From contig NC_086108.1 in assembly GCF_963921235.1 (NCBI RefSeq), forward strand, positions 63,986,001-64,050,000: a DNA stretch of 64,000 nt, given 5' to 3'. The first letter of the stretch is position 1, and each line of letters opens with the position of its first letter. This document shows, in pieces, positions 48,680 to 61,689 of the stretch. A program made the translations under genes and the position numbers. This stretch comes from Mobula hypostoma (Eukaryota). A model generated the notes under the pieces. That model made no database searches and had not been told where the DNA came from. It worked only from the letters and a program-made list of their open reading frames with translations.

Positions 48680-51160
48680 AGAATGATACAGCTCAGGAAG
48701 AGACCTTTTGATCCACAATGACAGATTAAACAAAATCACCTCAGACTGTACATGATCCATATTCTTCCATTCTATACTTATTTATGTGTCTACCAACCTC
48801 TTAAACACCACTATTGCTTCCACCTCTACTCCTGGCAGCCTGTTCTGAGCACCTAACACTGTCTGTGTAGCAAAAAAAAACTTGGCCTGTCCATCTCCTT
48901 TAAACTTTCCACCTCTCTCCATAAATTCATGCCCTCTAGAACTAAACACTGGGGAAAAGATTCTACCTACCCTCCCTTAATTTTATAAACTTCTGAATTG
49001 AACTGAATTGAATTGACTTTATTTCTTACATCCTTCACATACATGAGGAGTAAAAATCTTTACATTACCTCACCGTCTGAATGTGCAATGTGCTATTTAT
49101 TGTAATTTGTAATAAATAGTATGTACAGTAAGATATACAACAGAACAGTCAATAGAGCATAGAAATACAATTGTGTCAGTGTGAATTAATCAGTCTGGCG
49201 GCCTGGTGGAAGAAGCTATCCCGGAGCCTGTTGGTCCAGGCTTTAGTGCTTCGGTACCATTTCCTGGATGGTAGCAGCTGGAACAGTTTGCCTTTGGGGT
49301 GACTCAGGTCCCCAATCATCCTTCGGGCCCTTTTTATGCACCTGTTGCTGTAAATGTCCTGAATAGTGGGAAGTACGCATCCACGAATGCACTGGGCTGT
49401 CCGCATGACTCTCTGCAGAGTCCTGCAATTAAGTGACGTACAGTTCCCATATCAGGCAGTGATACAGCCAGTCAGGATGCTCTCAATTATGCCCCTGTAG
49501 AAAGCATTTGGGGACTCATGCCAAACTTCTTCAATTACCTGAGGTGAAAGAGACGCTGTTGTGTGTTTTTCACCACACAGCAGGTATGTACAGACCACAT
49601 GAGATTCCTCGGTGATGTATATACTGAGGAATTAAAGCTGTTCACCCTCTCAACTGCAGGTCCATTGATGTCAACAGATTGTAGAGCTGTGGCTATTGTG
49701 TCATCTGTTGATTGGTAGTGTCGGTAGATGAATTGTAGGGGGTCCAGTGTGGGCGGTAGCATGCTGCAGACGTAGTCCTTGACCAGTCACTCAAAGCATT
49801 TACTTATTATTGAGGTGAATGCAATAGGACACCAGTCGTTCAGACATGTCACCTTGATCTTTTTAGGTACAGGGACAATAGTAGATATTTAGAAGCAGGA
49901 GGGCACTCTACACTGGGAGAGGGAAAGATTAAAAATATCTGTAAACACACCTGCCAGTTGTGCCACGCACACTCTGAGTACCCGCCCTGAGATGCCGTCT
50001 GGTCCTGCGGCCTTGTGGCTGTCCACTCATTGGAAACACCTGCGTACTTCAGCCTCAGAGATGACCAAGGTGCAGATCACTTCAGTGGCTCTCCTCGGGG
50101 GCTCAGTGTTGGCAACATCAAACTAAGCGTAACAAAGATTTAGCTCATCTGGGAGAGAGGCAGTGATGTTGGCAGCACCACTGTGCTTAGCTTTGAAGTC
50201 TGTGATGGTGTGCAGACCTTGCCATAAGCTGCGTGTGTTGTTGGTGGAGACTTGTGTCTGGATCTTGTCCCTGTATTGTCGTTTCACTGCCTTGATGACT
50301 TTGCGTAGATCATAGCTGCATTTCTTGAGGTCCTGGTGGTTACCGGTGGCAAAAGCTCTGTCTCATGCAGTACGAGCAACGTGCACGGAACCGTTGATCC
50401 AGGGTTTCTGGTTTGGATAGACCCTGACCAATTTTTGGGGGACAACATCCTCAATGCATTTCTGGATTTTCTTTTCTGACCTTCTGCCACTCCAGAGAAA
50501 ACAATCCAATTGTATCCAGCTCCATCTTATTACTCATGCCCTCTAGTCCAGGCAATATCATGCTAAACTCTTCTGCATGTTTTCCAAAGCCTCCACATCC
50601 TTACTGCAAAGGGGGTGACCAGAATTGCACACAATACTTCAAAGAGCAGCCAAACCTCTTTTTAAAAGCTGCAACATGACTTCCTTATTTTTGTACTTAA
50701 TTTCCCTAACCAATGAAGGCAAGCATGACATAAACCTCCTTTACCATCATACCTATTTGTGTGCCACTTTCTGGCAGCAAGAGATTTAGACCCCAAGATC
50801 CCTCTGCACATCATTGCTGCTAAAGGTTCTGCCATTAACTGTATAATTTCCCCATACATTTGATCTCCCAAAGTGCAACACCGCACACTTGTTCAGATTT
50901 AACTCCATCCGCCATTTCCCCATCCATATCTGTAATTGATCTATACTCTGCAGTATCCTTTGACAGCACTTTACACTGTCCACAACTCCACCAATTCACC
51001 AATACAAGAGAGGTCCTAGAACTGATCCCTGCGAAATGTCATTGGTCATTGAGTTCCAGCCTCAATAACACCCTTCCTCCACCACCCCCTATTTTCTTCA
51101 GGCAAATCAATTCTGAATCCAGACTACAAAGTCACCAAAGATCCTTAGCATCTTAATCTT
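48680..51160 (-). mobile_element. Decayed CR1 split by a Rex1 insertion
   Basis: ORF 50786-50983 (WRMELNLNKCAVLHFG...QRDLGV). 3' UTR remnants at 48680-48990. Confidence 0.8.
48995..50478 (-). mobile_element. Rex1/Babar LINE with an internal RT deletion
   Basis: (CAATT)n tail, ORF 49176-49406 (RLRDSFFHQAARLIN), ORF 49535-49762 (LDPLQF.. fused directly to VERVNSF) and NQKPWIN at ~50410. Confidence 0.88.
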
Positions 51161-51194
51161 CTAGATCTTATAGCAAAACTGTGCCTCTACACTC

Positions 51195-51646
51195 TTGGAA
51201 AGGTTATATTTCATTAGGAGTTTGAAGAGATTTGATTTGTTAATGAAAACACTTGAAAATTTCTGTGGATGTACTGTGGAGAGCATTCTGACAAGCTGTC
51301 TGGTATGGAGGTGGGGGTCTAATGCACAGGACCAAAAGCAACTACAGAAAGTTGGAAAATTAGTCAGCTCCATCTTGGGCACTGGCCCTCCTTAGTACCC
51401 AAGACATCTTCAAGCAGTGGTGCTTCAGAAAGTGACATGCATTATTAAGGATCTCCATCACCCAGGACATGTCCCCTTCTCATTGTTACTGTCAGGAAGG
51501 AGCTACAGAAGCCTGAAGGCACACACTCCGTGGTTTAGGAACAGCTTCTTCCTCTGCCATTCAATTCCTAAATGGACATTGAACCCATGAACACTACCTT
51601 ATTTTTTAAATATATATTATTTCTGTTTTTAATCTATTCAAGATAC

Positions 51647-51680
<34 letters not shown>

Positions 51681-51806
51681 TGTAATTGATGATACTGTGA
51701 TGGATTTTTCTTTCAATTTTATCTGGTATTGCATTGAACTGCTGCTGCTGCTAAGTTAACAAATTTCATTACACATGCCTGTGATAATAAACCTGATTTT
51801 GATTCT
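51195..51806 (+). mobile_element. Rex1/Babar 3' end containing a (TA)n microsatellite (51648-51679)
   Basis: ORF 51195-51395 (RLYFIRSLKRF...TVESILT). Tail gataataaacctgattttgattc. Homologous to 63300-63910. Confidence 0.88.
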
Positions 51807-53619
51807 TGGCCATGTACAATGAAGAATCAGAGTACATTCTGTGCACTTACTGATTTTGGAGCTTTTTCCAACTGTTGTGCAACATGAAGTGTTCATTTAT
51901 CAGTTAACAGAGGGTGAGAGCCATGAGAATGTTTCTTGACTCTCTTTGATCTGATGTCATTAAATATCATGGGATTTGAATTTGAAGCTGAGGACTCCTA
52001 GTGATTTCCCTCCTGCTTGTATACTTCTGTGTCACAGCTACTAATGGGTCAAATCTGCCACCATGGGGAGGTCTGGTATGTTGTCAGAAAGGCAGGATTC
52101 TCTGAGAACAATTGTGATAGGATGTTGTATGACTAGTTCATGGAATATCTTTCTGACTTCATATACCAAAGTCCCCGGCTGTTTGTGACAACTCAGCTGG
52201 ACCGGGAGTGACTGCCATGTTCAAATTTGACAGGTGGATTAATTTAAAAGTCAACCAGTTGTGAGCCTGGAACCGTAGAAGCCAAGCCAGGTGAATATGT
52301 GTCCTCCCCGCCCCCCAACCCCACCCCATCCCTTTGAATGGCATTAACAAAGCAGAAATATTTTTGCTACGAGCCAATAGTTTTGTGATCAATAATGAGT
52401 TTTTGTTTTAAATTCCAAATTATTAATTTGAATTTACAATCCAAATCTGCCTTAGGAATTGAATTGTATCTAGAAATGTTATTCCACGTCTCAGGAATAC
52501 CAAACTAGACCTTTTGTGTGGCTGCATCTACTCCATTTACACTGGGAAGTTCCTATATGAGATGATAGCTCATTTTAGGAGCACAGACTGCCTTTAAATT
52601 TTATGGGTCAAGTTACAAAATTGAACCAGCTGCCTACCTATGAAGCAAATCTCAGTGCTGTCAATGCTAGCTGGACACAGAAATTATCCAGATGAACAGG
52701 CTGTACAAAGCTGGCAAGTGCCAAGAAGACGTTTTCTCATACTGTTCAATGCATGGTAGATTGGCGGAAAATCTCGTTACAACAGCTTGGCGAAAGGAGG
52801 TGACATGTGAAATCTTACACGGAAGAAGAAATTTCAGCGGTAAAATAGGCTCTGCTGCCCCTGTACAACAGTCACTTGGGATGTTATCTGAATCTTAGGA
52901 AATACAGTCCACACACTTCAGTCATGCCTCATAACACCCCATGCAATCTGTTCAGGTGCACTGAAATCCATGTAAAGACGTTCCTTGATATGCTAAATCA
53001 CTGCTCCTGGCATGTGGATTGGTCTGATGACTGCAAGATATATTGGCCTGAAAGGGGTGGTGGGGCTGGTATAATGGCACAACACTGCCATTGCAGGGGT
53101 TGTCAACATGTTACACATCAGTGATCAGTACATTCTAGTGTTAGAGTACACCAAGGAAGGACAGTAACATCAGCCAAGTGAATGCTAGAAAGAATCACCA
53201 CAGCAACTGATTGATGACTTCCTCCCCTGTGCTTCTGCGTCAGGGCATTTGCCATATGTTGACTTTAATGATGTGTATCCTATCTGCTTGTCCACTGTTA
53301 TATTGCATTGTACCAGTTGCTCATCAGTGTGCTGTCATCCCTTGGTATTCACAGAGCAGGCAGAGGCAGTATGACATTTTAATTAGTAGCAACATTTACT
53401 TAACACTAATGTGCATTAGTGTGCAGACGCCTGGGTGTGTTGTGATGTTCTTATATCTTTAGCAGAGAATATATTGTGATCATGATCTGCAAAGCAGTTT
53501 GTTTCTGTGCAACAGTTTGTTTATAAGGTACTGGAAATAGATGCAACTAAGAGAGCAGGAGCCAGATTTTTCTCAAACTAAGCACCTTCTGAATTAAGTC
53601 ATTGGACATAATGGCTTCA

Positions 53620-54452
53620 GGAGGAGGAAACCAGAAATCCACGAGACAGTTCTTAACTGAGGATGAGAGGTGGAGAGGGTCAGCAACTGGGTGTTATTAT
53701 TTCAGAAGACCAGTCCTGGGCACAGCATGTGAGTGCGATTACGATGAAAGCACGGTACTCCCTCTACTTCCTTCAGAGTTTGCGAAAATTTGGCATGACA
53801 GCTAAAACTTCTATAGATGTCTAGTGAAGAGTATATTGACTGACTTCATCGCAGCCTAGTATGGAAACACCAATGCCTTTGAATGGAAAATCCTACAAAA
53901 TGTATTGGATACAGCCCAGTTCATCACAGGAGAAGCCCTCTCCACCGTTAAGCACATTTACATGAAGCGTTGACGCAGGAAAGCAGCATCCATCATCAGG
54001 GACCCCCAACACCCAGAATATGTACTCCTCTCACTGCTGCCATCAGGAAGAAGGTACAGGAGCCTCAGGACACACACCACCAGGTTCAAGAACAGTGATT
54101 ACCCCTCAACCATCAGGCTTTTGAACCAAAGGGGATAACTTCACTCAACTTCACTTGCCCCAACATTGAAATGTTCCCACAACCTAAGGACTCACTTTCA
54201 AGGACTTTTCATCTCATGTTCTCAACATTTAATGCTCATTATTAATTATTATTATTATTATTATTACATTTTGTATTTTCACAGTTTGTTGTTTTTTGCA
54301 CAGTGGTTGAATGCCCAGGTTGGTGCAATCCTTCATTGATTCTGATATGGTTATTATTTTATTAAGGATTTAATTGCATATTCCCACAAGAAAATAAATC
54401 TCAGGGTTGTATTTGTGACAGATATATACTTTGATAATAAATTTACTTTGAA
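53620..54452 (+). mobile_element. Rex1/Babar 3' end, decayed
   Basis: ctgccatcaggaagaaggtacaggagcct (LPSGRRYRSL), (ATT)n at ~54237-54265, and tail gataataaatttactttgaac. Confidence 0.8.
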
Positions 54453-55749
54453 CAAAATGAAATATATACGAAAAACAACTCTCCAAATGATAGTTTTATT
54501 GCTTGGAGTTTCTGATCACATCTGACTGTGATCAAATGGGACAAACTTAAATGGGGACTGGTTCAGCATGGACCAGTTGGGCTGAAGGGACTACTCCTAT
54601 GATTCTGTGTCAGGGTATCATAATGGCTGAGAGTAAACCACAAAGGATAAGCAGAAGTGCATATTTGTGATTCCCTGTAGTCATTGCTTCAATTTTTTTT
54701 TAAAACACAGCTTGTAGGTAATAGCAGCACGATCAGATTCATTGTCCTTCCCAACTCATCCTTCTTCTGCCCTGATCTTGTGGCTCTTGCTATTGGAGAT
54801 AGGATGTTTGATGGGTGATAATGATACTGGCCATTTGTTGCAAGTGATTTGATCATTCCTTCTTGAGATTGTCTGATACTGATGTTGCACAGATGTTGCC
54901 TGTCACATGGAGGACATGCCTATACATTACTGCGATCCTGCGTTAAATTAACAGTCTGCTTAATTATTACAGAGTTGAGTGGTACTTTTTCTCTTACTCT
55001 GCTGACATGAGTTTGGTGCAGAATATCTGAGGGGGGTCACATACAACATTGATCATATGATAGCAATCAGGCAGTCTCACACTGGAACACATAGGTAGAT
55101 AGTGAAACAAGTCAGAGAGGCACAATTAGACCGTTAGTGATAAAGTACACATTGACCAGTATTTCGGAAAATCATTATTTACTTGTTAATTTTACCAATC
55201 AGAAAAGTGTACGCTTACAACAATATAAATTCCAAATGCTGTAAATAAACAAAGAAAGCAAGTTTCTGGAATTACTCCTCTGATCCAACAATTTCTTTAA
55301 AGTAAAAGAACAGAATAACCAGAGTTTAGAAATTCTTCCTACAGAGCAGCTTCTTTTTGCGTGCATGTTATATGGACTAAAGGATGATCACATTTACCTT
55401 TCTGTAATGATCACAAATTCAGTATACTGTTTACGGCTCCTCAAGACTAGCATTGACGGAAGCTACGTGCAAGTGTGTGTCACAACCATGGACTTGACAG
55501 TACACCAGATTCGGCAATTGTGCTCGTGAATATGCACATGTCAGCTAATTATTATTTCATTGTGATGGTATTTAACTCCTTTCTTTACATTGTAGTGCTT
55601 GTTGAGACTTGAGCAAAGCACAGCAACGTCTCCTTGCATTCAACCTTGCCTGAGAAAGATGATCGATGCTGAAGACTAACAGTATTCATTTTATATTTAG
55701 ATATTCCCTTTCAGCTGCAGGATTGACCTCTATTTTTTCTACCTGAGAG

Positions 55750-55886
55750 TTTTAGTTAATGGCCTGCCGAAGAGTCTCGGCCTGAAACGTCGGCTGCACT
55801 TTTTTCCATAGATGCTGCCTGGCCTGCTGAGTTCCTCCAGCATATTGTGTTTGTTACTCAGATTTCTGCAGATTTTCTCTTGTTTG
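55750..55886 (+). mobile_element. PLE terminal fragment inserted in the Gypsy LTR
   Basis: ctgccgaagagtctcggcctgaaacgtc...gatgctgcctggcctgctgagttcctccagca matches the other PLE termini. Confidence 0.8.
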
Positions 55887-57241
55887 TTATTTAATGGTCT
55901 GTTTGGCATAGTGTTTATTGTTTTCTTTTCCCTTAAAATACTGTTCACATTAAAGTCCATGAACTATCAACCAGCTTCAGAGTCTCTCTCTCCAGACTCG
56001 GGCCATATCTGAACATACTGACACACACAAGATGAACCTAGCAGAGAGCGAGCAGCTGACCTTGGCCCTGAGATTCATTGATCAGGTAGGAGACAGGCAC
56101 CTGAACCTGTTCTGGGTGAAGTTACTGAAACAATGAGGCAGATAATCTCATGCCATCAAGTCTCATTCAGAGGAACAAGTATTACCCCTCGGTGCAACTG
56201 TTCAGCAGCTCACTGCAGACAATCGGAGTCAGGCGTCTGCGATCTCCACTTTCACAGCCACCATCCACAAACTCACTGCAGACAGCCAGCGTCAGCCGAC
56301 AGCAATTAGCATTCTTGCCAACGCAATTCAGCAGCCTCTGGCCACCTCAGTCCCTCTCCCAGAATCTCGCAGGTCCTCTGATAACCTCTGCCACTACTGG
56401 TCCCGCTCCTGCACCCGATCCAGAACTCACTCCCACCTTCAGATCACCTCAGACTTGTGCTTCCGTACAAGAACTGAGTATTCCACTATCGGGTAGATTC
56501 TTTGGAGATCCCGATGGCTGCTGAAATTTCATTATCCAATGCGAGCTGACATTCCAAGCCCAGCCTGCTCGTTTTGGAGATGAAGCACAAAAACTGGCAT
56601 ACATGGTCAATTTCCTAGATGGACCTGCACTCAGCCTGTCCAACGCCTTACGGGAGCAAGGATACCCCGCAGCCCAGTCGTTCCGACATTTCATCGCGGG
56701 GTTTTTGACCTGCCAGCATGGGGTCAGGAGGCTGACCTCTGACACCCGGACCTGTGCCAAGGCCAAGGGATGGTGAGGGCCTACGCAATCGAATTCCACA
56801 TGCTTGCAGCAAAAACGAGATGTAATGAGAGATCTCTCATCCTGCCTTCCAGTGTGGACTGAATGCACAAGATCACAAGATCACGGTCTATGATGAGCAG
56901 GATAGCCTGGATGACCTGATTAATCTGGCTATTCGAGTTGACGACCGGGTAACAGAGTGGTGCAGGGAAAGAATGTCTCAAGCTGCCCTTTAATCACCAT
57001 CTTTCCTCACCCTCTCCCTCATCACCCAGGACCCAGTCCATGGAGGAGCCTATGCAAGTGAGGTGCATGGGCCTCTCTCAGGAGGAATGAGAGCAGCACA
57101 GGAGAACAGGTTGCTGCCACTATTGTGGTGATCGCGTATCCATAGTGTCCGGTAAAAGAGAGTACCCATCAGCAGGGTGGGGAGTCCTGATGGGTCGGTT
57201 CTCTCTGCCGTCAGCTTCCCCTTATTGTGTTATGTTCACAG

Positions 57242-59360
57242 CTTACTTGTTCTAAAAAGCCATCTCGCAGACATTCTAGAAATTCTCTCTCTTGAGATCC
57301 AGTGCCGACCTGATTTTCCCAATCCACTCGCATGTTAAAATCACCCCCAATTATCATAACACTGCCCTTCTGACAAGCCTTTTCTATTTCCAGTTGTAAT
57401 TTGTAGTCCACATCACTGCAGCTGTTTGGAGGCCTATAAATAACTGCTATCAGGGTCCTTTTACCCCTGCGATTTCTTAGCTCAACCCATAAAGATTCTG
57501 CGCCTTCTGATCCTATACCACCTCCTTCTAATGATTTAATATCATTTCTTACCAATAAAGCCATGCCTCCCCCTCTGCCTACCTTCCTATCCTTCTGATA
57601 CACCATGTATCCTTGGACACTCAGCTCCCAGAGATATGCATCCTTTAGCCACATCTCAGTGATGGCCACAATATCATACCTGCCAATCTGTAGCTGTACG
57701 ACAAGATCATCCACCTTATTCGTTATGCTGCGTGCATTTAAGTATAACACCTTAAGACCAGTATTTGGTACATTTTGCTTTGATTTCACTGTAACTTTAT
57801 TGCACTGCAACTCATCCCAATGGCTACAAATTTGCCCTATCACCTGCCTGTCTTTCCTGACATCTTTACTGCTCACTATCTTAGATTTATTTCTGTTTTC
57901 CCCTTCCTCCGCTCTATCATTCCAGTTCCCATCCCCCTGCCAAATTAGTTTAGACCCTTCCTAACAGCTCTATTAAACCCTCCTGCCAGGATATTGGTCC
58001 CCTTCAGGTTCAGGTGTAACGTCTCCATTTTGAACAGGTCATACTTCCCCCAGAAGAGATCCCAATTATCCAAGAATCTGAAGCCCTGCCCCCTGCACCA
58101 GTCTCTCAGCCACGCATTCATCTGCCTGATCCTACTATTCTTGCCCTTGCTAGCACGTGGCACAGGTAGCAGTCCCGAGATTACTACCCTGGAGGTCCTG
58201 CTTCTCAGCATCCTTCCTAACTCCCAGAAATCTCTCTTCAGGACCTCCTCCCTTGTCCTATCTATGTCATTGGTACCAACATGTACCAAGACAACTGGCT
58301 GCTCACCCTCCCCCTTCAGAATATTCTGGACCCGATCCGAGACATCCGTACCCTGGCACCTGGGAGGCAACACACCATGCGGGTATCTCTATCAGGCTCA
58401 CAGAATCTCCTGTCCTTTCCCCTGACTATGGAATCCCCTATGACTACCACATTCCTCTTCTCCCTCCTTCCCTTCTGCACAACAGAGCCAGGCTCAGTGC
58501 CAGAGACTCGGTCACAGTGGGCATCTCCTGTCAGGTCAACCCCCCAAAACAGCATCCAGAACAAGATATTTGTTGCTGAGGGGAATAGCCACAAGTGTGC
58601 TCTCCACTATCTGGGCATTTCCCTTCCCTCTTGACAGTGACCCAGTTTTCTGACTCCTGTAGCCTAGGGATGACTACCTCCCTGTAGCTCCTGTCTATCA
58701 CCTCTTCACTTCCCTGATAAGCAGTAGGTCATCAAGCTGCAGCTCCAGATCCCTAACACGGTCTCTGAGGAGCTGCATCTCGGTGCACCTGGCGCAGATG
58801 TGGCCATCAGGGAGGCTGGAAGTCTCCCAGGATTCCCGCATCTGACACCCTGAACAAAGCACTAACCTTGCAGGCATGCTATCTAATTCTACAGGAATAA
58901 AACAGGAAAAATAAGTCTACTCACCCACTTATCTCGCCAAACAGACAAACTTTTTAAACCATTAGCTGGTACTGTTAGCTGTGAGAGCCCTGCTGATCCT
59001 GTCTGTCCGGGCCGATTCGCGAAAGGGGGGGGAGGGAGAAGAAAAAAGAGTTGGTGCTTCGCTCTCGCCTCTTCCCATTTACCGCTGAATCCTGTTGAAG
59101 CCAAAGCCCTACACTCTGCTACCACTCACTCCGTTACCCGCTCTGACAGCTACCCGCTGTATGGAGTGATCTCCTTTTTAAACTCTCCGCGCTGTCCTGT
59201 TACGTCACGCACCTGCACAGTCTTGTCCTTCTTGCACTCCAAGAAGTTTTTTAAAAAACTGCCTTCTTTCAGAATTCAGCTCCCACGCCGCTCTGTAGTC
59301 CTAATCCAAAAGAAAGCCATTGGAAGCAACCTTCCTTTTTAAACTCTCCACGCTGTCCTC
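57242..59360 (-). mobile_element. 5' portion of a CR1 LINE: 5' UTR, ORF1 with SGNH/GDSL esterase domain, start of ORF2 endonuclease
   Basis: ORF 58316-58594 (VVVIGDSIVR), ORF 57945-58373 (VHVGTNDI...LHLN) and ORF 57211-57876 (YLNARSI, AITEMWL, GGDFN). Confidence 0.93.
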
Positions 59361-61689
59361 TGGATAGAGCAACCATATTTTCTAAAATTACTCTGGGCAA
59401 TGCTTATAATCTGCTTCATCTTAGAGAACGGGATGAGTGGAAGACTGCATTCAACACCTTTAATGGCCACTATGAGTACTTTGTGATATCTTTTGGTCTG
59501 GCCAACACCCCCACTGTTTTCCAGGCCTTAGTTAACGATGTTCACAGTGACATGTTGAACCAGTTTGTTTTTGTGTATTTAGACGACATCTTATCTATTC
59601 CCGCTCTCATCAGGAACATCGCTTCATCTGGAACTTCAGCTCTATTCCGGCTCCCATAAATGCACTCACCAGGAAGACCTCGGCAGTATTCCATTGGACA
59701 GATGATGCCAACCAAGCATTTTTGGAGTTAAAGTGACATTTCACCACTGCCCAGACCCTCACAGCCATTCATAGTCGATGTGGGTGCTTCCGATGTCGGA
59801 GGAATGGCGACACTCTCTGGAGGGGGCAGAGCATCTTTTCTTGGTTTGGACAGATGACAAGGACTTCCCTTACATTCAGGGCACAAAGAGACTCAATTCT
59901 TGCTAAGTCTGGTAGGCTCTTTTCTTCACTCAGTTTATTTTCATCCTCACCTGTCGTCCCTGACAGCACGAGTTCCAAGGCTGAGATTCTCTCCCAGCAG
60001 TTTGACGGATCTGAACACAATGCCAATCCAGAGCCCATCCTTCCTCGCTCGTGTTTTGCTGCTCCAGTGATCTGGGGAATAGAGGCAGAGGTGAGGGCTG
60101 CCCAAAAGTCAGATCCAGGCCCAGGTGAGAGACCTTCCAACCGGCTGTTTGTCCCTGTTGTTATGCACTCCAAAGTGTTGGAATGGGGTCACTCCTCCCA
60201 TTTGGCTGGACATCCAGGAATTCAACGGATCCAGGAGTTTATAAGGAGACAACTTTGGTGGTCATCTATGTCCCAGGATGTCCAGGACTTCGTATCTGTT
60301 TGTCCCACCTGCGCTTAGAACAAGATATCACACCAGCATCCTGTGGTCTGCTATATTCACTGCCAGTGCCCTACCGCCCCTGCTCCCACCACTCAGCAGA
60401 TTTCATCACTGGGCTGCCCCGTCTAATGGAAACACCACCATTTTGGTTGTTGTGGATTGATTCTCCAAGGCTGCCCACTTCATTACCCTCCCCAAGCTCC
60501 CATCGGCTTGTGAGTGCCACACTCATAGTTCAACATGTGTTCGGGCTCCCTGGCTTTCCTTAAGACATAGTGTCTGATCGTGGACCACAGTTCACTTCCC
60601 GCTTTTGGAAGGCTTTCTGGTCTCTTATAGGAGCCATGGCCAGCCTCTTCTCTGGTTTCCACCCCCAATCTAATGGCCAGACTGAGAGAGAGAACCAGGA
60701 GTTGGAGACAACCCTGCACTGCCTTGTCTTTTCCAACTCCATGTCCTGGAGCTCCCAATAGGTCTGGGCAGAGATCGCCCACAATTCCCTCCAGTCATCC
60801 TCCATGAGTATGTCCCTCTTTGAATGCCAGAAGGGATTCCAGCCACTGCTTTTCACTAACTAGGAGATAGATGTAGTAGTTCCAGCTGCTGAACCAGCGC
60901 TAGAAGTTCACCTGGAGATGAGCCAGGGCGTCTCTGCTACATACCCAGAAACAATATGCTCAGCAGGCTGATCGGCTCTGCCAATAGTTAAGGCCATTCA
61001 AACCACGAGAAGAGATCTGGTTGGCATCAACAGATCTTTCCCTGAAAGTTGAGAGCCACATATTGGCTCTGCATTATGTGGGACTATTAGTAGTGGAAAA
61101 GGCTCTCAACAAGGTCTCCTATAGATTGCGTCTACCAGCATCAATGAAGATCTACCCAGTGTTCCATATTTCCCAGCTCATGCCAGTTACTACCTCTCCT
61201 CTGGCCCCAGTGACTTACCTCCCCCTCCTCCCTGCTTGGTAGACGGGGCCCTGGTCTATAAAGTGCAGTACCTCCTGACATCTCACTGGGCACATGGTAA
61301 AGTCCATGTAGATTGGGAAGGGTATAGTCCTGAAGAACATTCTTGGATCCCGGTGAAGGACACCTTGGCCAAGTTGCTCAACTCCACAATCTTACCTCTT
61401 CCAGCCCCACATATACATCTGCCATTCCTATCCTCAAACCTAATCCTAAGGTCCAAGGGGGCACACACCCCCACTAACCCTAGGCACTCCCTGATTAACC
61501 CTGACCACACCCCCACAAACCCGATGATTTGTGTAAGGAGGGGAAAGATCCAATAAAGGTAAGTGTTAGACCTGGTTACTGAAGGCGTGGGCCAGATCAA
61601 AGTGGCAGGCTTGCATGACACTGAATCTCAAGTGATGAAATCAACAAGCACAAGAGGGCTGATTCACCCACTGCCCGAATAATCTCTCG

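Noticed and set aside
53403..53422. Palindrome ACACTAATG-TG-CATTAGTGT
   Set aside because: 9-bp arms are not far beyond chance in 64 kb, and there is no associated structure.
57945..58594. Host SGNH lipase/esterase gene
   Set aside because: It lies directly upstream of a CR1 endonuclease; the esterase is the known ORF1 domain of CR1-type LINEs.
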